From the human T2T-CHM13v2.0 reference genome, Homo sapiens, in assembly GCF_009914755.1 (NCBI RefSeq), contig NC_060933.1: a stretch of 64,000 bases of DNA. The stretch is one strand, 5' to 3'. A model generated the notes under the pieces. That model saw only the letters and a list, made by a program, of their open reading frames with translations. It made no database searches and had not been told where the DNA came from. A program made the translations under genes and the position numbers. Each line of letters opens with the position of its first letter. Positions within the stretch are counted from its first letter, which is position 1. Positions 30,551 to 43,270 of the stretch are shown piece by piece.

Positions 30551-32679
30551 TCACAAACATAATTTAAAAAGAAAATGCAGTAGGAGTCCCAATAGAGATA
30601 TGTGCACAAAAACTCTCCCTAACTCAACCTGGGGCAGTGGGGGCAGTCAGAAAAGCCTGCTGTGGACACACAAGGGCTGCCTCCTATTTTATCTTAACTA
30701 TCATCCTTCCCTAATCCTACTCTGTTTTTCAGGATTGGCTTCCTCAGTGAAGACTCTTGAAGAAAGCTTGGGACCTATTAGACATTTGAGAACAGTTTTA
30801 AATGTCAGTGTGGCCATATGGAATAGATGGGACATGTGAATTTGCAATGTTTGTAGGATACATGTTGCCAAAAAAGGAATCCATATAGGGGATGTAACCA
30901 CCAGTTCATCTGTCTTATTAATTTGGTTATTTCCTCTCTGTGGGTTCAGGTTTTCTCATCTGTATGAGATAAATAGTCATGAATAAACAATAAATATTAG
31001 ATTTGAAAGAGCTCTTTGAGATCATCTTGTCTAACAGCTGCCAAAGTGTATGTCACAATGTATCTAAAGGGTGTCAATGGACATTTCTCAGAAACAGATT
31101 GAAGTCACATACATCTTGGTAGGAATAACTTGAAGTTCCACAGGTTTTCTTACCTGAAGGGTGCTGCACATCTCTTAGGAATGGGTATGGATCACATTCT
31201 CATCTGAGCATACTTAGCCATGGTAAGGATGGCTACTTTTATCAAGAAATATCTCATGGGACCAGTGCTGAGTGAAACATATTGAATCTAGTCTAATCTG
31301 CTCTTCCGGATAAGGAAACTGGGGACCAGTGCAAAAAAAGAGATTTGCCCAAGGTCACCCAGGTAAGTGCATGCTAAGTCAGAACTAGATGTCTAATGTT
31401 CTGGCTCTGCTGCCAGGTATGTTTTCCATTAATGATGAAGAACATTCCCTCCCAAGTCCCGTAGTTCTTGGAGGATCCTAATGAGATATAAATGAGAATG
31501 ATGAACAAAGTCTCAAGTATAAGGTGTCTATGTGAATCTTTCCTCTATTAAAGAGTTCCCAATAAAATGTGCTTTTATAACCTAATGCTTGCAGAACCTA
31601 GAATCTATCAGCATTTATTACATGGTCATGATGTGCATATGCTTGGTCAGGCAGAATACATAAACATAAGGGAGGGTTGCTCTCTGCCTTCCAGAAGCTG
31701 CACCAGCACTGGCAGACTCATGCAGGAACTGGAGGGGCTTTCAATTTGTTGTATGACCTCAGTTTACTTCACCTCCCTGGTCTCCAGATTCTTTTGTTGG
31801 TCATTTGTTGGACAATCCTTCCACTTAACTTTCTCAAAGGGATTGACTAACAATTCAAAACACTTACAAAAGCAGAACCTATACAAATGCTAAACATCAT
31901 CCCTGTGATCTACTAGTTAATACGGAATTAGAAGTGAATGCAGCCCCTTTTAGCCCAGGAAACTCACGCTGAAACAATACATCTAATAAACTGGGAGAAG
32001 AGAAGGCCCACAAATTAAAAAGCAGCATTTGAAATCTAATCAGATATTCTCTCAATTTACAGACCACCCCTGTGGTGCTATCCAACTTTATTAGGATTTT
32101 ATTCTGTATTCTCTTTTAAAGTGACATTTATATTAGTTTACAGTACTAACACAAAACTCTATTAAAAAGGAAAGAACTTTTATAACTTTATTATTTTTTC
32201 CTGGTTACTGTCCCTAAGTTTTCAATCCACTAATAAGGATTCTTTTGTTTTATTTCATGTCTAGGAGAGAAGTTGTGAAGTCTCTTTAAGGCTGTATTTC
32301 CTGCTGGGTTGTTAAACACAGTGGGGACACCCAACTTGGAGGGTATGTGCTGTAATTGGCTGTAAGGGCCAGGAAGTTGAACTTTCTCATTCTTGTTCAG
32401 TCTCCTTTTATCCTGGGTGTCTTGCAAGTTTATAATCATTTTCTAGTTTGGCTCTGACTTCAAAAGAACAATGAGAACTCAGCTATGAGGAAGTGGAAAT
32501 GCTAGGTCATCTCCACCTCCCAACTTTGATGACCTCGTGTTCCATTTTCCCAAAAATGGAAATTGCAACTCTCCACATGTCTTATCTGACAGTTTTCCCA
32601 TCTCTTAGAGCCATCTGGGCTTCCAAAGATGAGTCATGGTATATGTGAGATACATGGAAGAAAACATGTATAAATCATT

Positions 32680-32810
32680 ACAGCTCCTTCATTTTACATG
32701 CAAGGAAACTGAGGCCCAGAGAGAGAAAGTGATTTACTCAAGGTCACAGAGAAAGAATGTGGCCTAGTCAAGACTGAAATCCAAATCTTTTAGCTTACAC
32801 CTTAATGTTG
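32680..32810 (-). mobile_element. MIR core
   Basis: GGAAACTGAGGCCCAGAGAGAGAAAGTGATTTACTCAAGGTCACA. Confidence 0.75.
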
Positions 32811-35252
32811 ACTTTTTTCCCCACTATGTAAAGCTCAGGAATTCTTTGAATCACAGAATTCAGCCCAGGTAATATTTCTTAGCCAGGGCGAGTACCAGTT
32901 CAATCTATGACCCATGCCTATGATGATCAGTTTTCTGAATGTTTTCTGCTGCTTCTATAATTTTTTAAAAAATTCTAATTAACACAGACAATGAATTACA
33001 TATGGTCCCCATGTTTACTTCTCTACTTGAGTTCCATGGCAGCTGTATCATTTATCAGCCCAATATGTTTTAGACAGATGCTAGTTCTGTAGACAAATCA
33101 GCCAGTCCTTTTGTTCAATCTTTTACCCCAAACATTCCTGAGCGGCTCATTCCAATAGCAAGCCAGCCTTGTTCCTGACACTGAACTGCCAGGTGCCAAA
33201 AGTTAAATTTTTAAGACAGTTTCTTTCATATAAACCATGCATTCCCCTTAACTATATAAAAACATTCTTTTTCAAATATACAAAATGACATATTGATCTA
33301 TTTATCCCACGAAGATCTATTATGCACTTACTGTATCCCATAGTCTGTTGGGTACAGGGATACAAAGATGAGCACACAGACTCTGGCCTTGAGTGGTTCA
33401 TGCCCTGATGAATAAAACCAGCCTCTGAGCATGCAATAACAGCCATATGATAAATGACATTCCATGAAAGGCAGAGAGAGAAGGTTCACGCCTACTTAAG
33501 AAACCAAAACATGTTTCCCGGGGAAGGTGACTATTCAGACAAGTCTAGTGGCTATTAGAACAGGAAAGGACTTCACAAGAAAACCCAGTGCAGTCTTCTG
33601 TCTTCAAAACAATTGGCAAACCTGACTCCATTTTGCAGACAAAGAACATGAAACTCAAGAAGGCCATGGAACTTGGACAAGGTCACCTTGCTAGTGACGT
33701 AATTTCTTCTAATTTTCCCAGGTTCTTTCTCCTGCTCCTCTTCAGTCAGGAAAGGAAGTATATTCCAAATGTACCAAAAAGGTTAAAAAAAAACAAAAAA
33801 CACAAAACCCAAAGTAGAAATCCTCCAGTACCTAAGATTTATTGAGATCATAAGTAACCCTTACTCAGTAAAAGAATCTACCGCTCCATTCAGCTGCATT
33901 CCCATCAGCAACAAGAAATTGTTGCAATCTAATGCATTTATATGTTTTGGTTTTCTTAATTTATTTCAGGCACCTCATCTTCCTGGAACAAGTGTTGTTA
34001 TTTATGACACAGCAGAAAACACTTTACATTTATAGAGGTTATGAATTTTAGTAACGGTTTTGGTGGCAATTTAATCTGTCCTAACTATGAGGCATTTTAC
34101 AATGACAATTAAATTATTATTAAAAAATAAACCTCAAATGACATCCTTATCACTTATCAACATATCAAAAATTTCAGTGAGTTGCATTCTGGGTTGGTCG
34201 TAAATATCCTAATGTAGTCTTAGTGAATCTGTGTAATAAACTTGAGTGAACTTAATTAACTTCTACAGTATATTTAAAAGAAAACTCCTCACACATTTTG
34301 ATGTCGGAGAATGAAACATTATTTGAAAAGTGGGTTTATTACATTTCATGGTGCACACTGATATTTAATATTTAAAGACTCTTAAATTTGATGTACTGTA
34401 CTGATAGCTGAAGGGTTTAGTCCTGCAGTGTGGGAGGGTGAGATGGTGAATTTCTCCCTCCATTTCCTTGAGGAGGTTTTTATTTTACTGGCCAGGCCCC
34501 CCATACACTGATCTATTAAAATCTATGCTCACAGAAGTGTCAAGAATGTTAATGTATACTCTATCAAATTAATTTTAATGTAGGCTTGCTGAATAGCTAA
34601 TTCCCAAGCTATGTTCTAAATTGTTGCAAACAGCTCCACTCCAAATTAGCCAGGGTGCTGCCTCGATTTCAGCAGATAACATGTCAGCAAAGTATCATCT
34701 GATACAGATTTTAAATGAGGGGTTTTATTTTTTCTCCATAGAGAATCTAATAAAGAAAAAGAAAAAGTCAGTCTTAACCCACTTCCTGATCTCAACTTAT
34801 AGGGCACTGGCTGAAATAAAATTACTTTGTTCAAATCCACATTCTGATAATTACTTCAGACAGCAATGAGGGCTTCCATTTCAAAAATTAGACTTGACAT
34901 TTGACTTAAATACAGTCTTCTCTTTTAAGCCCAAGTTTCTGTGCACTTAAATGCCAATGGCCAGATGTTGATAACAGATGATTCTCCCTTGAAAGGTGAG
35001 ATAGAGACTATTTTATCAAAACAATAGAAGGAAATCATCCACTAGGAAAACACAGGTTTTCCTGTACTAAATCACTTTAGCCAATGTACCCAAACCCACT
35101 GCAGAAAAACTGTGGAAGAATCAACTCCCATAATCTTCCCAGGATACCACAGGATGTAGCTCACTATTTTTCCTGGTTGATTTACTGAAAGTTTCCTTCA
35201 ATAACTTTCAGTTGCCCTTCATCCAGCTTCTTAGTCAAAATTATTTGCATAA

Positions 35253-35531
35253 GACTGGGTGCAGTGGCTCACACCTGTAATCTCAACACTTTGGGAGACC
35301 AAGGCAGGTGGATTGCATGAGTCCAGGAGTTCAAGACCAGCCTGGGCAACACGGTAAAACCTCATCTCTCCAAAAAGTATAAAAAAATTAGCCAGGCATG
35401 GCGGTGCATGTCTGTAGTCCCAGCTACTTAGCTGAGGTAGGTGGATCACCTGAGCCAAGGAGGTTGAGGCTGTAGTGAGCCATGATCATGCCAGTGTACT
35501 CTAGCCTGGGTGACAGAGTGACCCAGAAAAG
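35253..35531 (+). mobile_element. AluJ
   Basis: J-type GGATTGCATGAGTCCAGGAGTTCAAGACCAGCCTGGGCAACA and GAGGCTGTAGTGAGCCATGAT; TSD AAATTATTTGCAT. Confidence 0.94.
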
Positions 35532-36604
35532 AAATTATTTGCATGGGTGTGGGTTGGCATTTCTGTGTATGTTTGTAGATATAGTGTAAGTGTACATATT
35601 TTTACACTTGTAGCTTTGTAACAATGCCTAATTCCAAACGTTTTTTCTTTTTCAGGTTCTGGTATTTTTGTTTACAGTTCTTACTCTGCTTTTAACCCAA
35701 CAAATATGAACCAATAAATATCAACCTCTTATTTCACTGGTAAAATAAGAGGGTTAAACTAGGTGATATACAGAGTTCCTAATTCCAGCTTTAGAAAAAG
35801 AGAAAAAAAGACACTATAGGGTTCTAAGTTTCAACCACTGTTTCTTACAAAAGTACTTCTAGAACATCTACCAAGCTAGCACTAGATGTAAGTTGTTCAA
35901 ATAGTAGCCAAAATCCATGCTCTCATAGACCTTGTAAACTAGGCTTTATTTCCTTAGATTTGCTACTGTTATGAAAGTGGTGCTACCATTTATTTGTAGT
36001 AAAATGCCTTATTTGTCACACTTTAATTTCTATGTCCAGAAGGTAGTCATCAAGGCAAAACTTTCCTTCCCCTATTATTCCATTTCCCATCCCTTTAAAT
36101 TCCAGAATGATATACTTCTTAATGTATGTTTCCCATCTCCTTTACCAAATAAAAAGGCAGCTCATCTCCCCTTGACTAAATAGGGGAATGGTTTCTAAGT
36201 AGAAAATGGAAGAACATCTGGCAGATAGAGGCTGGTACAAGACTCCAATACTGAGCTCATAATTTTCTCTCTCCTACCCTTCAATTCATTTTGTTTCCCA
36301 AGATCTGAAACATTTTTCAGAACTGTGGTATATTCCTGTAGTTTTAAAGGCCAGATACATTCCCTCAATTATACCAATATTCAGAAATTCTATTCTGGGG
36401 CCATAACTGCTCAATTCTGCATGAAGATACACATTTAAATTTAAATGCAGCCAGAGACTCTGCAAAAGCAAATGACTGAATGAAAGAAGCCTAAAGATTT
36501 TACCAGAAAGTGCTTAGGAGGGGAATTCTGCTTCTGGCTACAGTGGACTAGTTTGTTTCAGACCAACAGTTCCATGGAGAACAACTAGAAAGTTCTATCA
36601 ATTA

Positions 36605-36940
<336 letters not shown>

Positions 36941-37678
36941 CAGTAATCCTTCTGAAGACATCTGAGAACTACCAAGACTTGAGATAATACCACTCCAGAG
37001 AGAAGAAAAGTCCAGGGAAATGAATGTAGCATTTGGTGCTACTTAATCCCTAGAGGCATTTGATGATTCTAAAAAGATGCCTGAGTGGATAAAAATTAGT
37101 CAAGCTAGTCATAAAATGGTAGCTGAGAGGGAAAAATGCTAAACAGAGTAATCTTATATGACTGGAGTATTTTAAATTTAAATTTAAATTCAGGGTCTGC
37201 CAAGGAGGAGAAGCTTGCTCTAGGGGTATCTGAGAGACCCTATCCCAAGAATAAGACAAACTGTAACTAAGGAAGTGCTTAAAAATACTAAAAACCATAT
37301 GCAAATTAGCTTAATCTGTTGCAGTTTTTAAAATCTACTCCTAATCTGACAGTCTATTAGAAGCAAATATAAATCCTCTCTAAAGTTTCAATATATTTAA
37401 AAAAATTTGATGCCAAGATGGATTATTTCAGCAAAAAACTAGAATCTGTAAAAGAGATTCAAATGAAAATTCCAGGATGAAAAAATGCAATAAATGCAAG
37501 ATGAAATTAGAAGACAATAGATGAGTGAGTTAACAGAAGATGAGATGGAGCACAGGAGGGAATTAATAAACTGGAAGTTAAGTCAAAAGAAAATATATAG
37601 TCTAAAGCACAAAGGGAAAAATAATTAAAAATGTAGAAAAAAGAGTACGACAAAATGAGGCACTGTCAAAAGGTCTCT

Positions 37679-37685
37679 GTGTGTG

Positions 37686-37721
<36 letters not shown>

Positions 37722-37744
37722 CATACATACACACACTATATATA
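37679..37744. repeat. (TG)/(TA)/(CA) simple repeat
   Basis: Directly visible. Confidence 0.85.
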
Positions 37745-39051
37745 TTTTAAAACTTCATAATACTAGAGGGAGAAGAGAGACATAATAGGCAGAAATAATA
37801 TTTGAAGGAATAATGACTAAGAACTTTTCAAAACCAATGAATGACATCAAACCACAGATTCAAAAAGCACTACAAACCCCATCAGCATACACACAAAGGA
37901 AATTATATAGACAAGAAATCCAAGGAAAAATTGAAAAACTTAAAAGTAGTCAGAGGAAAAAATGTATATTATCTTGAATGGAGCAGCAGTGAAATTGCAG
38001 CTGACTTCTCAACAGAAGTCATGAGACTAGAAGAAAATTTAATGATATTTTCAAAGATTGAAAGAAAATAACTGTCAACCTAAAATTCTATACCAGTTAA
38101 AAAAAAAAAGAAAAAAGAAAAATAAACATAATTTCAGAAAAATGAAACTTAGAGACTTCATTGACAATAGATCTTCACTATAGAAAATACTAAAAATATA
38201 CTTCAGACTGAAAGAAAAGTATATTGATTGAAGTGCATGTAAGCAGAGATGTGGCAAATCAACATAAATACTGACTATATAAAACAATAATAAAATAATG
38301 CTTTGTGAGCTTTAATAGTTACAAAATTCTAATTTTATAAATTAGAATTAGAAATTAAAACTCAATGAAATAACACAAAGGAATGAAGTGAGTAAAGGGA
38401 ATTAAAAGCGTTCTAAGGCCCTTGTATTTTCCAGGAAATCAAAAAGTACAAATTTATATTAGACTTTAAATAAGACAAAAAATACTACTTATTTTTAATC
38501 TCGAGTAACCATGGAAAACATAGAAAAACAATGTATAGCTAGCAGTGAAAGCAAAATAATATAAGAATATGGTTAGAAGGATTTTGTTTTTCTTAATTTG
38601 GAAATGTCATTGGCTCTAAAATTTTGATAGTCAAATTCCTCCTATCTTCAGAATATAGATAATATAAAATGAACCATCTTGAATGTCCTGGATGGCTTTG
38701 CCATCTGCTAACTTCGTGCCAGTCTGCAGAGAGAGTATGGTGAGTGAGCCCTGGAGTTAAAGACAGGAAGCCAGAGTTTGGAATTCAGATAAAACACTGA
38801 CCCCACTCCCCAAGTTATTTTGGACAATCTTCTTTAAGTTAAGTCCCCTAAACCTATAAATTGGGCATGATGACAATTTTTCTGATTTTCCCCCATAGGG
38901 GGTACTGGAAGGATCAAAGGATAGTAGAGAGATGTGAAGCTCTCTTTGTGAGGTGCTATACAAATGCTTAGAGTTCAAGGAATCAATCCTTCTTTCCAAT
39001 AGGCAATATTCAAATACATTAGGGAAAATTAAAGTCACTGACATGCTATTT

Positions 39052-39460
39052 GTATTCATCAGAATAGACTAGGCTAGACTGAAGTAAGCAATAGACCATG
39101 GAATCTCAATAGTTTCACACTGCAAATGTTTGTTCCTTGTTGAGCCACAGTGTACAGATTGGGTAGATCTCTTGGTGATTCTCCTCCAGTGGCAACTCAG
39201 AAACTTCCACCAGCATTGGCGCTATCTTTAACACAAGGCCTTCATGGTCACCAAGAAGAGAAAGAGAGAGGGAAGAAAACGTTTGTACAGGAGATTTTAG
39301 AACCAACACTGGAAATTCAGTACAATCACTTCAACCCACATCTACTGGCCAGAACCAAGTTACATGGTCCTAAATTAAGTTCAAATGAGGTTGGAAAATG
39401 TAGCCTTCTTTTGTTTCCAAGAATAGGTAGGATTGGTGAACATCAAGCTTGACTCTGCCA
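39052..39460 (-). mobile_element. MLT1K/J-like MaLR LTR
   Basis: AGACTAGGCTA..GTAAGCAAT start; CTACTGGCCAGAACCAAGTTACATGG..GGAAAATGTAG..CTCTGCCA end. Confidence 0.65.
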
Positions 39461-40219
39461 GACCATTGATATCCAAGTTGTGTTCACTGCAATGTTTTTG
39501 GAGTTAGAGAAGAAGGTGGTAAGCTTCCTGTTATGCCTTCATTTTTATAAAGAATAAACTATTTTTAGCTCCTTCCCTGGACTTTATTAAAACACAATTA
39601 AGCAACATATCACTCTGATAAACTATCAGATCAAAATTTCATCCTCTGAAAGAATACTCTGTTTGGACAAAGCAGCAACTACTATTAGATTGCTACAAAT
39701 GCAAGATGCAGATAAAGAAACAGATGAGACAAAAATAAAACTCTCACTCTTCAAGACATTTTATAACAAGAAAGCCCCAGTGCATATTGGTTACTTAGAG
39801 AGAGAAAAACTCTCCAGCAACTCATATAGTCATAACTGATAGATAGCTATGCTCTTGTGTGTCCTGATACTCTCCCAAATCTATCTTTATAATGGAGATC
39901 CAAGCCAGGAGACTCAGAACTTGGAATATTTTTACAAAAATGAGAACATCCAGACATTGAACTTGGATTCTAGTCAGAGCTCTAGCAGTAACTACTTCAG
40001 TGTCTCTAGCAAACTCACAGATCTTATCTGATTATTAGAAGACTGGATGGATCAGGATGTCCCAAAGTGGGATGTAGAAAGTTTTTCTCTTTTTAAAAAA
40101 TGGTGTTTTCATGGTTCATTAATTTTGGGAAATGCTGGTTTTCTGTTTATTTGTTGCTGCTTTTGTTTCCCTGCAGAGCCTTTAATATTCCAATATGACT
40201 TGTGACTGGCCAAAGTAAA

Positions 40220-40706
40220 AAAGTGTGTGCGTGTGTGTGTGCACTCATGTGTGTACAGGCACTTGTGCACTTCTACATGTGTTGAGGGAGAGATTTATTA
40301 TAGGTGTTGGCTCTCATGATTATAGAGGCTTAGAAGTCCCATAATCTGCCTCTGCATGCTAGAGATCTAGGAAAGCCTGTGGTGTAATTCAGTCCAAGTT
40401 TAAAAACTTGAGAACCAGAAGTGCCAAGGGCCAGGAGAATGGATGTCCTAGGACAGGAAAAAATGGATGTCCTAGATCAAATGGAGCAAATTCTCCCATC
40501 CTTTGCCTTTTTGTCCAATTTGGGACCCCAACAGATTAGATGATATCCACACACACTGGTGAGAATGATCTTCTTTACTCAGTCTACAATTCAAATGCCA
40601 ACCTTTTCAGAAACACCCTAACAGACACAGCCAGAAATAATGTTTTACCAACTATTTGGGCATCTCTTAGCCCAGTCAATTTGGTACATTAAAATTAACC
40701 GTCACA
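40220..40706 (-). mobile_element. MLT2B-like ERVL LTR
   Basis: GAGATTTATTATAGG..GAAGTCCCATAATCTGCC..CCAGAAATAATGTTTTACCA; ends AATTAACCGTCACA. Confidence 0.85.
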
Positions 40707-41876
40707 GTAAAATTCCCCAAACTTATTCAACCAGGTGTTGTCTTATAGTATAGTAAGATGTTGAGCTATATGGGCTCTGATGCCCTTTATTGTATCTAAC
40801 AGTGGGTGATCCATGAGTGTGATTTGCCCCTGAGCAGCCAGATGACTTACAAGACATATCAGAGCTTGCGATTCACAGGTGTGCAGAGTCAGAGGCCCAG
40901 AGGAAAATGTGTAAAGACTACTGTTGTTACCCAACTTGTTCCATGAGAATTTGGAATTAGAGGTCTCTAAGGTCCCATTAAAGCTTACATTTCTATAAAT
41001 TTATGAATCTAAGCCCTTTGGTTTTGGAAAGACACTGCATTTTCAAATCTGCACTTGCAAACTTTATGCTGCAGGCTTAGAATGAAACAGACCCTTGGAA
41101 AATTCAAAGTAAAGTCAAAAGTGAGAAAAAGAAAACATGTTCTTTTTTAGAGGACATTCCAGGATAAGCCAGGAATATTGCTCCTGTGATAGAAAGATTC
41201 ATCTTCAATCCACCCCATGTGCTCCCAATCAGTGCAATCTTTCTGAAACATGGATCAGATAAAATCACTCCTTGTTCTGAAAAAAAAGACACGCATCATT
41301 TATATGGTTTATCATAAAAGTACAAACCTGCTGTCATGGACTCCAAACCCTTCACAATTTAATCTTTGCCATGCTAGCTCATCTTATCAACAATTTATTC
41401 CTGTGCCCACACCCCCACCAACACCTCAGCCACTAGGTACTGTATGCCTGCACCCCTACCACCACCTCAACCAGTAGGTATCCTGTGCTGTCACTATGCC
41501 ATATCCCATCAATGACCACAACTACAGAAATCTCATAATATATCAAATTTACATATCTGTCATCATGTTCACTACTATGTACCCCCCACAACTCCCTAAC
41601 CAAATTGCTATCCTGTCCCTAAAGACAGAAAATAGGTTCACCACCACTGTGGTTTGGGCCAAAGAGTTTTGCTCCCTGATATTTTCTTTCATCTTTCTCT
41701 GCTTGGAAAAATTTATATTCACCAGTCCAAGTTCAGCCCCTATGCCTCAGAGAAGGCTTTCCCAATTCCCCAACTGCATAAAAGGGATCCAACTCATTTC
41801 TTCTTTATTCTCTGTTTGCACGTGATACTTCCACAGCCTACACCATGTTATACTTAGTAGAAGCTTATTGTTACTC

Positions 41877-42193
41877 TTTTCTTTCTTTCTTTTTTTTTTT
41901 TTTTTTTTTTTTGAGACAGAGTCTCCCTCTGTCACCCAGGCTGGAGTGCAGTAGTGCAATCTCAGCTCACTGCAACCTACGCCTCCCAGGTTCAAGAGAT
42001 TCTCCTCCCTCAGCCTCCTGAGTAGCTGCGATTACAGGCACCCGCCACCACACCCAGCTAATTTTCGTACTTTAGTAGAGATGGGGTTTCACCATGTTGG
42101 CCAGGGTGGTCTCAAACTCTTGACCTCAACTGATCTGCCTGCCTCAGCCTCCCAAAGTGCTGGGATTACAGGCATGAGCCACTGTGCCCGGCC
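41877..42193 (-). mobile_element. AluSx/Sz
   Basis: Full antisense Alu with polyT. Confidence 0.96.
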
Positions 42194-42249
42194 TCATTCT
42201 TTATAATAATAATAGCATTACCTCCCACAGGCCACACAGTTACAGTGTG

Positions 42250-42650
42250 TGCTTTCTGTGTATTATCTTGGTTAATATTCTTATGAGTCCTAATAAGGTT
42301 GGTACTATTTTTATCTTTATTGTAAAGATTTGAAAACTAATGATCCTAGAGGCTGAATAACTTGATTACAATCACACAGGTAATATAGATTGGAGCTAGG
42401 ATGTAAATGAAGGTCAAAAAGAATCCAGAGTCTCTGCCTAAAATGAACAGAGAGCTGGGTTTGATCCCAGCTCTGCCACTGAGCTAGTTTTCTGGGGCAG
42501 ACCAGTTAGCTTCACAGAGATGCAGACTCCTTGTCTGAAAATCTGGATAACCCCTGCCTTGTTCCTCGCTGGGGTGTTGTGATCATAAAATGAAATAATG
42601 AATCTGAAAGGGCTTTGCAAATGCTAAAGTACTATGCAAATGCAAGCTAA
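42250..42650. mobile_element. Two oppositely oriented MIRs (- at ~42250-42430, + at ~42440-42650)
   Basis: Antisense core GAAAACTAATGATCCTAGAGGCTGAATAACTTG, then sense GGGTTTGATCCCAGCTCTGCCACT. Confidence 0.6.
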
Positions 42651-43029
42651 TTAATTAATGAACTCATTAACATGTTCTCCTGCTGGGCTGTAGTTAGGGC
42701 CAAATTATAAATAATCCTCATCTTGCTGGAAATTTAACCAAGAAATTTAGAGTGGTAAGAGGGGTGAAGAAGACTGTCGATCCATAGTCTAAAACTCTGC
42801 ACATACTAATGGAGGCAGTTTAACTCAGAATCATTCCTGTTGCCAACCACAGAGCAATTTTTTCTAACAAAAAAGGGATGGGAAGTTTCACAGGGATGAG
42901 AAATCTCTCTAATACACTCATTAATAGAGACGATCCGGTATGTCATCATTGTGCCCTAAATCCACTGAGCTTGTGGAGTGGGGAGGCCCCATAATTAACA
43001 TCTAGATCTTCATTACTTATTTATATTCA

Positions 43030-43270
43030 CCAAACATTTTTACTATGTGCCAGGGTCTGCTCTGAGTGCTTACAAATATTAGCTTGTTTAATCCTCATAA
43101 AGAATCTAGGAGTAGTTACTGTTCCTATCCCCATTTTACAGATGGAGAAACTAACATGCATAGAGGTTAAGTAAATTGTCCAAGGCCATGCAACCAGGAA
43201 TGGTGGAGCCAGGATTTATACCTAGACCATCTAGTTTCTAAGTTCACACCCTCAACCCCATGCCACATGA
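43030..43270 (-). mobile_element. MIR (near full length)
   Basis: TACTATGTGCCAGG..TTTAATCCTCATAA..CCCCATTTTACAGATGGAGAAACT..GAGGTTAAGTAAATTGTCCAAGG. Confidence 0.85.

Noticed and set aside
33970-34037. Possible exon after TTTATTTCAG (open frame HLIFLEQVLLFMTQQKTLYIYR)
   Set aside because: Weak donor (GAG|GTTATG) and no recognisable homology
34392-34414. GTACTGTACTGATAGCTGAAGG resembling miR-101-3p
   Set aside because: Two mismatches (one in the seed), a 2-nt gap and no complementary 5p arm upstream
40438-40475. ATGGATGTCCTAG duplicated (likewise ~24455-24494 and ~14148-14181)
   Set aside because: Ordinary short slippage duplications inside transposons; two copies only, not an array
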